Source: Nitrospiraceae bacterium
GTDB lineage: Bacteria; Nitrospirota; Nitrospiria; Nitrospirales; Nitrospiraceae
DNA: 64,000 bases
Assembly: GCA_050246315.1 (NCBI GenBank)
Contig: JBFWWG010000008.1
Location: 96,001-160,000 of the forward strand
Direction of reading: 5' to 3'
The notes below the pieces were generated by a model. It did not search any database, had not been told where the DNA came from, and saw only the letters and a list, made by a program, of their open reading frames with translations. Each line of letters opens with the position of its first letter. Position 1 is the first letter of the stretch. This document shows positions 18,607 to 28,243 of the stretch, piece after piece. The position numbers and the translations under genes are program-made.

Positions 18607-20017
18607 CGTCTCTCCGTGACAGATTCAGGGCCTGGCGCGCCTGATCCAACTCTCCTTCGATGGCGGCGCGGATGGCCTGAAGTTTGGCATCCGTATTGGC
18701 TTCAAACCGCAGGACCAGAGCCGGTTGCGTGTTCGACGCGCGAATCAACCCCCATCCGTCGTCAAAGACCGCTCGGATCCCGTCGATCGTGACCACGTCG
18801 CGAATCGTTAAACTCGTGTGGTCCAAAGGCTGTCGGGATTGCGCCGTGGCCATAAGCCTGGATTGCACCTGCTGCACCAGTTGAAACTTGACCGCATCCG
18901 GACAATCGACCCTGATCTCCGGCGTCACGAAGGAGGGAGGGAGGTCGGCCACCAGCGAAGAAAGCGGCTTCCTTCCCTTGGCCAGGATTTCGATCAGCCG
19001 GCAGGAGGCATAGACGGCATCGTCGTACCCGAAATACCGATCAGCGAAAAACATATGCCCGGACATCTCCCCGGCCAGCGCGGCCTTCTCTTCCCTCATC
19101 TTGGCCTTGATCAGCGAATGGCCGGTCTTCCACATGATCGGCTTGCCACCCCGCTTGGCCACATCGTCATAGAGGCTCTGCGAGGATTTGACTTCGGAGA
19201 TGATCGTGCTGCCCGGCTGCGCGGCCAGGATGTCCCGAGCATAGATCACCAGCAGCCGGTCTCCCCACAGGATGTTTCCCTTTTCATCGACCGCCCCGAT
19301 CCGGTCCGCATCCCCGTCATACCCGATGCCCACATGAGCCCCCGTCTCCCGGACCTTTCGGATCAAATCTTTGAGATTGTCGACCACGGTTGGATCCGGG
19401 TGATGATTCGGGAACCGTCCGTCCAGATCGCAGTACAGTTCGGTGACCTGACAGCCCAATTGCGCGATGGCTTCCCCCGCCACCAACGAGGCGGCCCCGT
19501 TGCCTGCGTCGATCACAACCCGCAGGTGGCCGGCTTGCACATGCGAAAAACTTTCCTTCAGGTAGGCCAGGTAGTCCGGGATGATCGGCCGATTGGTGAC
19601 GGTTCCGGATCCTGAGGCAAACTGGCCCCGCTCCACGATCCGCCGCAACTCCTGAATGCCGTCTCCATGGAGCGCCTCCTTGCCGAGACAGAGCTTGAAT
19701 CCGTTATAGTCGGCCGCGTTGTGGCTCCCGGTGATCATGATGCCGCCGTCCACCGGCAGGTGAAAGAGCGAAAAATACACCAGTGGGGTCGGACAGGTCC
19801 CGAGATCGACCACATCCAGCCCTCCCTCCGTCAGCCCCTTGACCAACCTTCCGTGGAGCGCCGGCGAACTGAGCCGGCCGTCGCGCCCGACGGTGACCGT
19901 TTTGAACTCCCTCCCGCGAGCCAACGTGGCGTAGGCTCGGCCGATCTGTTCGGCATGATCGATCGTCAGTTCGCTCCCGACAATGCCCCGAATGTCATAT
20001 TCGCGAAACAGTCCCAT
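18596..20017 (-). CDS. Phosphomannomutase/phosphoglucomutase (AlgC/ManB-like)
   Basis: FREYDIRG, ITGSHN, DGDADR, GEMSGH, RASNTQP. Confidence 0.95.
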   Translation of the reverse strand: MGLFREYDIRGIVGSELTIDHAEQIGRAYATLARGREFKTVTVGRDGRLSSPALHGRLVKGLTEGGLDVVDLGTCPTPLVYFSLFHLPVDGGIMITGSHNAADYNGFKLCLGKEALHGDGIQELRRIVERGQFASGSGTVTNRPIIPDYLAYLKESFSHVQAGHLRVVIDAGNGAASLVAGEAIAQLGCQVTELYCDLDGRFPNHHPDPTVVDNLKDLIRKVRETGAHVGIGYDGDADRIGAVDEKGNILWGDRLLVIYARDILAAQPGSTIISEVKSSQSLYDDVAKRGGKPIMWKTGHSLIKAKMREEKAALAGEMSGHMFFADRYFGYDDAVYASCRLIEILAKGRKPLSSLVADLPPSFVTPEIRVDCPDAVKFQLVQQVQSRLMATAQSRQPLDHTSLTIRDVVTIDGIRAVFDDGWGLIRASNTQPALVLRFEANTDAKLQAIRAAIEGELDQARQALNLSRRDGDG

Positions 20018-20114
20018 GATGCCTCTCTTGTTCACTCACCTCGGGCAGGATGTTGAATGTGTCCCCCGGCTTTGTGGAAAGGTACGTCTCAGCGCCTGGA
20101 ACAGCCGGACCAGA

Positions 20115-21566
20115 TCAACAACTTCTCGTGCGCCCATAGTCGTCCTGGAATCGGACGATATCGTCTTCGCCCAGATAGGGTCCGTTTTGGACTTCAATGA
20201 TATGGAGGATCTCGCGCCCCGGATTTTCCAACCGGTGGCGGGTCCCGACGGGAATGGCCGTGCTCTGCCCCACCGTGAGATCGAAGATTTCCTCGCCCCT
20301 TGTCACCCGAGCGGTCCCCGCGATGACGACCCAATGTTCGCTGCGTTGATGGTGCATCTGAAGAGACAGACGTCCCCCCGGATTGACCGTCACCCGCTTG
20401 ACCTTGTACCCGGCTCCCTCCTCCAGGATCGTGTAGGACCCCCAAGGCCGGTAAACCGTGAGATGTTCGAGCTGCTCTGGCGCCTTTTGCTTGCGCAGGA
20501 TCTCAACAACCTTTTTCACGTCCTGAGATCGCGCTTTCGGGCAGACCAGCGTGGCATCGGGTGTGTCGACCACCACCATGTCGGAGAGGCCGATGGTCGC
20601 GACCAGCCGCCGATCGGCATAGATGATTGAGTGATGGCTGTCCAGATCGACCACCTTTCCGTTAATGACGTTGCCGGCCTTGTCTTGTGAGGCCACTTCC
20701 TCGATGCTGCTCCAATTGCCCACGTCCGACCAGTGAAAATCGACCGGAATCATCGCAGCATGATCCGATCGTTCCATGACACCCGTATCGATCGAGACCG
20801 ACGGCAACTCACGATAGAGCCCGTCGATGTCGCCCCGCGACGCCCCGGCCGCCAGTAATTGCCGGATCCGGTCCAACCCACGCCCCAAGGTTGGCTGATG
20901 CTTGTCGATCTCCTCAAGAATCGTCGCGGCCTTCCACACGAACATTCCGCTGTTCCAATAATAAGTGCCGGCCTTCAGATACCGGGCGGCGGTCTTCGCA
21001 TCCGGCTTTTCGACGAACCGGGCCACGGGATAGCCGGCGAGCGTGCCGTCCTTGCCGAGCCGCGGCGCACGCTTCGGCTGGATATAGCCGTAGCCGGTCT
21101 CCGGTCGGATCGGCTTGATGCCGAACGTGACCAACTGGCCGGCCTCGGCCAGTTGGGCGCCGAGCCGCACCGCCGCCCGAAACCTCGTCTCCCCCTTGAT
21201 CACATGATCCGCCGGAAGAACCACCATGATCCCGTTCGGGTTCCGGCTCACGACCTCGAGCGCAGCCAACCCAATGGCCGGCGCCGTGTTCCGGCCTTCC
21301 GGCTCGATGACGAAATTTCTCTCTAACCGATCCTTCCATTCGCTCAGTTGCACACGGATCGAATCGGCCTGAGCCGGGTTCGTGGAAATCAACACGCGCT
21401 CGGGCTCCACACAACCGAGCACGCGCCGCATCGTCTGCTGGATCAAGGTGGCGTCACCCATAATGCGCAGGAGTTGTTTGGGATAGAGGTGGCGGCTGAG
21501 CGGCCAGAAGCGCGTCCCGCTTCCACCGGCGAGGATGACGGCGTAGACCGGATGATCAGCGGACAT
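20115..21566 (-). CDS. manC: Mannose-1-phosphate guanylyltransferase/mannose-6-phosphate isomerase
   Basis: ILAGGSGTRFWPLSR, EPEGRNTAPA, ETGYGYI, FVEKP, C-terminal cupin RPWG..SLQMHHQRSEHW. Confidence 0.95.
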   Translation of the reverse strand: MSADHPVYAVILAGGSGTRFWPLSRHLYPKQLLRIMGDATLIQQTMRRVLGCVEPERVLISTNPAQADSIRVQLSEWKDRLERNFVIEPEGRNTAPAIGLAALEVVSRNPNGIMVVLPADHVIKGETRFRAAVRLGAQLAEAGQLVTFGIKPIRPETGYGYIQPKRAPRLGKDGTLAGYPVARFVEKPDAKTAARYLKAGTYYWNSGMFVWKAATILEEIDKHQPTLGRGLDRIRQLLAAGASRGDIDGLYRELPSVSIDTGVMERSDHAAMIPVDFHWSDVGNWSSIEEVASQDKAGNVINGKVVDLDSHHSIIYADRRLVATIGLSDMVVVDTPDATLVCPKARSQDVKKVVEILRKQKAPEQLEHLTVYRPWGSYTILEEGAGYKVKRVTVNPGGRLSLQMHHQRSEHWVVIAGTARVTRGEEIFDLTVGQSTAIPVGTRHRLENPGREILHIIEVQNGPYLGEDDIVRFQDDYGRTRSC

Positions 21567-21602
21567 CGGTGCCTCCCTCCATGCGACGCATGGGATTGTC
21601 AT

Positions 21603-22127
21603 TCATCGCACGTGACCCTGGGCGGCAAGAATAAGATCCGCAATTTCCCTCAGGGCTCCCTCCCCGCCCTTCTGACGGCAGACGTACCGCACGGCTTTGC
21701 GGATGGCCGGCATTGCATCGGCCGGAGCCGCCGACAAGCCCACCGCGCGCAGCGCCTCCAGGTCGTTGACGTCATCGCCGATATACGCGACCTCTTTCAG
21801 CGTCAATCCGTACTTCAGAGCCATCTCGCGGAGACAAGATAGTTTGTCCATCACCCCCTGGTGCAGCTCCGGGATCGTCAACTTGTCCGCCCGTCGTGCC
21901 ACCAGCTTGGTGCGTTCCTGCGTCACGATCGCAGTGATCAGCCCCGCCTTCTGGAGGAGCTTGATCCCCATCCCGTCCCGCGTGTTGAACTTCTTCAGCT
22001 CATCGCCGGATTCCGTGTAATACATACCCGCATCCGTCAAGACGCCGTCGACATCGGTGGCGACGAGACGAATGGACTTGAGGAGGGTTCGGCTGGGCAC
22101 CCCTGTTCGTAAACGGGCGCTGGGCAT
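21603..22127 (-). CDS. kdsC: KDO 8-phosphate phosphatase (HAD, YrbI family)
   Basis: DVDGVLTD, FNTRDGMGI, YIGDDVND, GGEGALRE. Start uncertain. Confidence 0.88.
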   Translation of the reverse strand: MPSARLRTGVPSRTLLKSIRLVATDVDGVLTDAGMYYTESGDELKKFNTRDGMGIKLLQKAGLITAIVTQERTKLVARRADKLTIPELHQGVMDKLSCLREMALKYGLTLKEVAYIGDDVNDLEALRAVGLSAAPADAMPAIRKAVRYVCRQKGGEGALREIADLILAAQGHVR

Positions 22128-22280
22128 GAGAATCGCGCGTATCGGATGATTGATGACGATCGTTCGCGATGTGATCTTAGCAATGCGTGCCGCCCAAGAC
22201 AATAAAAAGGACAGGAGCCTGCAGCAGAGATGGGCCGATGACGAAAATCCATACCGGAGGGCCGACCCGAACGGACGGTA

Positions 22281-23717
22281 TCAACTGGCTCCACGCCCGG
22301 AGATGACCGCCGGGATCGTCTTCACGAGAATCTGCATGTCCAGCGCCAAGGACCAATTATCGATATACTCCAGATCCATCTCCATCCAACGCTCGAACGG
22401 AATCAACGTCCGCCCGCGAATCGCCCAGAGGCAGGTGAGGCCCGGCTTCATACTGAGTCGACGCCGCTGCCAGCGCTCGTACTTGTCCACCTCCACGGCC
22501 AACGGCGGACGCGGGCCGACAACGGACATGTCGCCCTTGATGACATTGAGCATTTGCGGTATTTCATCCAGGCTGCACTTCCGCAAGATGCGGCCCACCC
22601 GCGTCACACGAGGATCGTTCCTGGCTTTGAACACGGGGCCCGAGAGCTCATTCAATTTGGCCACTTCCAGAAGTCTCGCTTCCGCATCCACGACCATCGA
22701 CCGGAATTTATACATCATAAACCGCCGCCCGTTCAGACCGCAGCGCTCTTGGCAGAAGAACATCGGGCCCGTCGAATCTACTTTGATGCTTACGGCGATC
22801 AACGCCCACACCGGCATCCCGACTAGGACCGTCGTCCAGGCGATCGCCAAATCCATTACTCGCTTGACGCCCAAAGCGAACCAGTTGGTCGGCTTCGTGG
22901 TGAACGTGAGCAATGGAATGTGGACGAACTCGTCCAACGACGCCCGCGCAATCAGATGCGGGAACATGCCCACGGCGATTCGCGCATTCACCCCGAGTTC
23001 CTCACACATGAGAAAGACGTCTTCGAGCTCGCTGACGATTTTCCCCGGCACGACAAACATCACCTCATCGACGACACGCTGGTTGCAGATTCGTTCCAGG
23101 TCATCGAGGGTCCCGATCACGTCGTAGCCCTCCACCCGTTGCTCATAGGGCCCCACGCGGTTCTCGGAGACCAGACCGAGGAGACGAAAACCCCACTTTT
23201 GATTGTTCTCGACCAGGCGCGCAAACTCGAGGGCCTTCTCATTCACGCCGACGACAATGACGTTGCACCACTGAAGCTCCTCGCGACCCGAGCGGCGCAG
23301 CCAAGCCCGGACCCCAAGCCGGCCCGACATCAAAATCACCGCTGTCAGCGCGGCAAACAGGATAAGGAAGGCCCGGCTGATATCCGGCACCTTGAGCACA
23401 TACGTCACCCCCATGAGCAGGAGAAGCCCGGTCCCGCTCACCTTGATCAGATCCACAGGCATTCGCCTGAACGTGTTCAGCCTTGCAGGTTGATACAGGC
23501 CGACCGAATGCAGGAGTCCCAACCAAATCGGAAAAACAAATCCGTACATCCAATCGTATTTCATCGCGGACATAAGAGGGGCGGGAAACCACTGGTCGAA
23601 GACCGAGGAGAGGATGTTGCTCCGAATCCAATAGGCCGCTTCGAACGACACCACGAGGCCGACGATATCGACCGCAATGCATCGCCAGATCAACAGTCGC
23701 GAGTGTTCTCTCAGCAT
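22281..23717 (-). CDS. Undecaprenyl-phosphate sugar-1-phosphate transferase (WcaJ/WbaP-like)
   Basis: N-terminal TMs, KRVMD, KFRSM, DPRVTRVG, SLDEIPQ, GDMSVVGPRP, KPGLT. Confidence 0.93.
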   Translation of the reverse strand: MLREHSRLLIWRCIAVDIVGLVVSFEAAYWIRSNILSSVFDQWFPAPLMSAMKYDWMYGFVFPIWLGLLHSVGLYQPARLNTFRRMPVDLIKVSGTGLLLLMGVTYVLKVPDISRAFLILFAALTAVILMSGRLGVRAWLRRSGREELQWCNVIVVGVNEKALEFARLVENNQKWGFRLLGLVSENRVGPYEQRVEGYDVIGTLDDLERICNQRVVDEVMFVVPGKIVSELEDVFLMCEELGVNARIAVGMFPHLIARASLDEFVHIPLLTFTTKPTNWFALGVKRVMDLAIAWTTVLVGMPVWALIAVSIKVDSTGPMFFCQERCGLNGRRFMMYKFRSMVVDAEARLLEVAKLNELSGPVFKARNDPRVTRVGRILRKCSLDEIPQMLNVIKGDMSVVGPRPPLAVEVDKYERWQRRRLSMKPGLTCLWAIRGRTLIPFERWMEMDLEYIDNWSLALDMQILVKTIPAVISGRGAS

Positions 23718-23721
23718 GGAA

Positions 23722-24546
23722 TCACGCCCGATCGTACCGGACGATACTGCGATCTCCTCGATCGGCCCACCGGCCGGCCACTCGGTGCTTCCACTCGAAC
23801 TTGAGCCACGACCTGAGATGCTCGACTTTCGCCCGACTGATCAGCCCACCGGCGCTGGCGCGTTGATGCGCGTGCACCATGACCGAATCCGGATTGTACA
23901 CCACTCGCCACCCGGCCCGCCGCAACCGGAGACAGAGATCGACATCCTCAAAGTACAGGAAGAACCGCTCATCCATGACCTGACTCGTCTGAAACGCGCT
24001 GCGCCGGAGCATCAAGGCCGCTCCCAAGACCCAATCCACGTCCCTGGAGGTGGCATGATCCCAGGCCGTCATCAGGTGCTCCCTGATGATTCGGTGCCTG
24101 GGGCACCATCGGCCTAGGGGAGTCCGCCGGAGCAGATAGACGCCGAGGCTGTAATCGGTCCGGCAGGAGTACTGCACGGTGCCGTCTTCATTGAGCAGCC
24201 TGGGCGCGCAGAGAGCAACATCCGGATGGGATTCCATGTAGCCATACAACCGCTCGATTGATCCTGGGCTCACATGGATATCAGGATTCAGCAGGAGACA
24301 ATATCGTGCTTGAGAGGCAGCAAATGCGCGGTTTACGGCCGCTGCATAACCAAGGTTTGTAGAGACTTGTAGAATTCTAACTTTCTGGAAATGTTGTCGA
24401 ACAAACTCGGCGGTACCATCCCTGGAGGCGTTATCAATCACGATCGTCTCCGTTGACATTGGAGGCAACGCATCCCCAATGGATCGAAGGCAGGACCCGA
24501 TCCAATCCTTACTTTGATACGTAACAATAACAATGGTTAGATCCAT
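23722..24546 (-). CDS. Glycosyltransferase family 2 (WbbL-like rhamnosyltransferase)
   Basis: IVIVTY, IDNASRDGT, NLGYAAAVN, LLNPD, DERFFLYFEDVDLC. Confidence 0.88.
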   Translation of the reverse strand: MDLTIVIVTYQSKDWIGSCLRSIGDALPPMSTETIVIDNASRDGTAEFVRQHFQKVRILQVSTNLGYAAAVNRAFAASQARYCLLLNPDIHVSPGSIERLYGYMESHPDVALCAPRLLNEDGTVQYSCRTDYSLGVYLLRRTPLGRWCPRHRIIREHLMTAWDHATSRDVDWVLGAALMLRRSAFQTSQVMDERFFLYFEDVDLCLRLRRAGWRVVYNPDSVMVHAHQRASAGGLISRAKVEHLRSWLKFEWKHRVAGRWADRGDRSIVRYDRA

Positions 24547-24689
24547 TGTTGCGTGACTCATTTGCGTACTGTCATCTATGTGCTCTATGACCTTCCGATA
24601 CACCTATGGACCGCACAATCTCGATAAGGGATTGTCCTCTATATGGCTTTCGTCCATCTCAACATGACGACATCGATCATGCAGCAGCC

Positions 24690-25693
24690 ACGTATCATGA
24701 CATGATCATACTCCAACTGGAGGGCAACCAATGCCACACCTCGCAACCGGAGAGGCAAAGGTCCTGCAGCCGGCCATTCGCCAGGGAAATCAACCGGAGT
24801 GAAGAGTCGCGCTACCACCATCGGCTGCACGTCTTGTTGCTGGTCGCCGGTGGCCGATCCTGCACGGAGGTGGGGCGGTTGTTCGGACATGAGGCGACGA
24901 CAGTCCCTCGCTGGGTCGAGCAGGACGGGTTTATCGGGTTGCGCGAAGGTGACCGTCCAGGCTGGCCCATGTCGCTGGACAAGCGGCAGTGGACCCGGCT
25001 GGCCCGTGACCTGCACCGCGACCCGCGTCGCTTGCGGCACGCGCAGCATCTGTGAGACGGGCCACTGCTGGGGGAGCATTTGAGAAGCCACTAGGAGGTG
25101 TCCCTCGGGTGCGGCAGTGTCAGCGGGTCTTCACGCGCTGGTCTTCCGGCTGCGCAAGTCGAGACCGCGCGCCGCTCTGTCGGACTCGGTGGCAGGGGCG
25201 GCGTTTAAGGCGACTGAGCTGGCTGCCCCGAACCCCATTTCCGGCAACAGTGCACACGAACCCACATGTGGGCGCCCATCAAGATCAACAACTCGGTGCT
25301 GCGCCACGCGCCAACCCACAAATCGATGGCCTGCTTCGGGTCCGTGAGCGTGCAGACAGGCAAGTTGGTTCACTCTCTCTGTTCGAAGTTCGATGCCGGG
25401 ATGTTTGCGGCGCCCCTCAAGAAGTTGTTGTGCCATCGCTCACATCGCATGTGCATGGCAGCGATGCGGGACAATGCTTGGTACCATCACGCCGTTGTTC
25501 TTGCCACCCTACTCGCCGCACCGTGTCCCGATCCAACAGGCGTGGGATTCCGCCAGGCACATGACCGCCCATAACCGATATTTCGCCACGCTGGCCGAAC
25601 TGCTCACCACATTCACCTCGGGCTTCAACGGATGGACCAGACCGCATTTGGTGCTACGGCGACTAGGCGGCACAAGCTACGACGCTATATGTA
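24690..25693 (+). mobile_element. IS630-family transposase remnant (multiple stops and frameshifts)
   Basis: HTH part SRYHHRLHVLLLV..GLREGDRPG, HL*DG, VRQCQR, FRLRK, then DNAWYHHA and LFLPPYSP...HNRYFATL, spread over three frames. Confidence 0.85.
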
Positions 25694-25694
25694 A

Positions 25695-25936
25695 CTTTTC
25701 CTTCTCCATCCTCTGTTGCCAGATCTTCCGGTGGAGGGTCTTGAGATTCGGCGTCTCCGGCCTCGCTGTTGTCCTGCCAAATATGATCGCGACTCACGCC
25801 AGCATTTACTGCTTCCAGTCGATGATCTCGGTGGGATAGCTCCTGAGTGGCTCGACGACCGCGTTCTTGCCCCTGAGAGCGGCAACAGTCACTTGGCCTT
25901 CAAGGCAGCCCTAAGATTCCGTCTCATTCACTTCAT
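25695..25936 (-). mobile_element. IS3-family OrfA remnant
   Basis: Manual translation: MK*MRRNLRAALKAK/TVAALRG...YPTEIIDWKQ*MLA*VAIIFG...PNLKTLHRKIWQQRMEKE. Confidence 0.7.
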
Positions 25937-26017
25937 CGTCTGGCCTCTCACGTTCGCCGCCCCTCGGTGGTTTCGGTCAAGCCAGTCTGACACTGATCAC
26001 ACCATCCGAATCCCCCT

Positions 26018-27022
26018 TCAATATCCATCTGCCCTTAACAGAAGAAGCCTCATGTAGAAAATCAGCTTTCTCATGATGCCTTGTCTGTTAACTCCACTCC
26101 CCATCATGTCTAAGACCCGTCTCATCCTGTTACGCTGCACGCAATTCGCATATTGAAAAATAAGGTCCTTCCAAGGAGAAGGATGCGGATGCTCGACAGC
26201 ACGAGTATAGAGGGCTCTCGCCTGCTGAAAGGTCTTTGCAAATACGAGAGAATGAGTTCGCCAGCGACGCCGCGTCGTCGGGGAGAGCACATTGAAAAGA
26301 TTCCACCACCCTGGAGCTCCAATCTGATTGTTTGAATGTTGTCGATAGAACAGCAAGGGTTCTGATGTGTACCCTACCACTCCGAATGCGCCCGCACACA
26401 GGGCTAACCACCAGTCATGCATGACGGCGACTTCCGGTACGGGAATGGCGACGGTCAACAGTGAACGGTTGATAGCGGTTGCACAGCCAGTGACCAAATT
26501 CTGACTCAAGAGGGTTCGGAGAGGTGCGACTGGCTCATGAATAAGGTTTTGTAACCGCATGAACGAAGGATGGATCACTTGAAGGTTCTCATCGACCACA
26601 CTTAGGTCGGAGTAGACGAGGATTGGAATCTCAGAAGAGTGAGCTTGTTCGAGGTTTCGGATCATCTCGATCTGAGTTGTCAATTTGTGCGGCATCCAGA
26701 CATCGTCCTGATCGGCAAAGAAAACGACATCAGGACATCGCTCCTTCGCCGCTTCCATCAGAAGCCCGTAATTCCGAACAACTCCAACTCGGCCGAGATT
26801 GTCTTGGAGGAGCTCTATTCTGGGATCACCTTGCCGGAACTGATCGAGCAGCTTCGGGGTGTCGTCGGTCGATCCGTCATCTCTGATCAGCAGAACCCAT
26901 TGGTCGAACGTCTGCTGAAAGATACTCTCAACTTGCTCTTCGAGAAAATTCCTACCATTAAACGTCCCCAGAAGCACGACTACCTTCTTCGGTCCCACCA
27001 TCATTGTCGTGTATCGCGGCAT
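26018..27022 (-). CDS. Glycosyltransferase family 2 (rhamnosyltransferase-like)
   Basis: LGTFNG, IRDDGSTD, FADQDDVW, NLVTGCA, MHDWWLAL, YRQHSNN. Confidence 0.9.
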   Translation of the reverse strand: MPRYTTMMVGPKKVVVLLGTFNGRNFLEEQVESIFQQTFDQWVLLIRDDGSTDDTPKLLDQFRQGDPRIELLQDNLGRVGVVRNYGLLMEAAKERCPDVVFFADQDDVWMPHKLTTQIEMIRNLEQAHSSEIPILVYSDLSVVDENLQVIHPSFMRLQNLIHEPVAPLRTLLSQNLVTGCATAINRSLLTVAIPVPEVAVMHDWWLALCAGAFGVVGYTSEPLLFYRQHSNNQIGAPGWWNLFNVLSPTTRRRWRTHSLVFAKTFQQARALYTRAVEHPHPSPWKDLIFQYANCVQRNRMRRVLDMMGSGVNRQGIMRKLIFYMRLLLLRADGY

Positions 27023-27356
27023 TGCCCGTCCGGCAAACCATTATCCCGGAAGGGACGAAGAAGTAGCACGGAACGTTTTGCACCCGGCGATCGGCTCTCT
27101 GCCGCTGTTGTCGAGCCTCGGCTTGCCGAATCCGCCGTCGATGCTCATCTTCCAGGAATCTGTACGTCGTTTTGATCGAAACCTCGAAGTCCTCCAGGTG
27201 TGGTCATTCCTACGTATTTTCAAGCGGACTCGACCTTCCCTTTACGGCACGTCGCCGAGACGACATCGTGCTGCCATACAATATCATGAGTGTCCTTCCC
27301 TCGTTTATGGCAACACGGGTGAGGAAGTGAGCTCTTTGTAGCGGCCTCTCCGAATA

Positions 27357-27738
27357 CTCGTCCGCATGATTCACGATAACTTCTCCTGCAACTGCCGTGC
27401 GACCCGTTGCCGCCGAAAAGCAACGGGAGCCTCGGCCGCAACGAGGTTGGCTGTGCCTAAAGGGAAGCCACTCGGAAAGGCTCGCCGCTCACCCCCTCGA
27501 CATACTGTGGCAAGGATGCCTCGGGGTCTCGCAGCTCCGCACGGGGCCACCCATTGCCCTGCTCGATGCAATGGGTACCCCCACGCGGAGCCCCGATGGG
27601 GCGAAGCATACTTGAAACAGTATATTGAGCCCGCGAGGGACGAGCCTATCCGCTTGGGAGCCGAAAACTCGCTCCCAAGCTTGTCGCAGCGGCGTATCGG
27701 CGGTTGCAGCAGAAGTCATCGTGAATCATGCGGGCTAG
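27357..27738. mobile_element. MITE-like palindromic element (two long arms)
   Basis: Ends ctcgtccgcatgattcacga / tcgtgaatcatgcgggctag (18/20). Central cccattgc...gcaatggg. The right arm is the reverse complement of the left arm of 12232-12479. Confidence 0.8.
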
Positions 27739-27755
27739 GCAGGTGTCAGGGTCGC

Positions 27756-28243
27756 TCAGAAGCCATCAAGGCTCTCTTGCTTGCAGCCCTCGGTCAGATA
27801 GAGCACGCGATTGCGCTCCAGAACCGTGACGACCGTCAGGTAGCGGTGCCCCTTGGCGCAGGCGGTGAACTGGCTGCCCGGTTCGGTCCAAGGGATTATG
27901 ACCTGATCGACCCCAGGGAGGACGACCCACCCCTGACACGTCCGCGTGAATGCAGGTCGTGAGCCGACAGGTATCCAGATGCCCCCACCACCGGTGCTTC
28001 CGATCGTAGCCCGGGACATGTTCCTGGTCATTCCAGCAATCGATAGGACCCCAGACTGGCACCGACAATGACGGTCCCTGCTGCCCATTCACATCCACCT
28101 CCTCATTGGCCACGGTCCAGGAATGTCTGCAACCCCGATACCGCTTGTTAGAGGTCGACGTCTCGCATCGCTCGGCACCTCAATTCGAGACCCTAAGCCT
28201 GACGCAAGAGGAGTCACCTACCCGCGCGAGAGCCTGAAGAGCC
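27756..28243 (-). mobile_element. ISL3-family transposase remnant with left end
   Basis: GGCTCTTC end at 28243; MRDVDL*QAV, WWGHLDTCRLTTCIHADV, VIIPWTEPGSQFT, KGHRYLTVV..VLYL..QESLDGF; internally deleted and frameshifted. Confidence 0.8.
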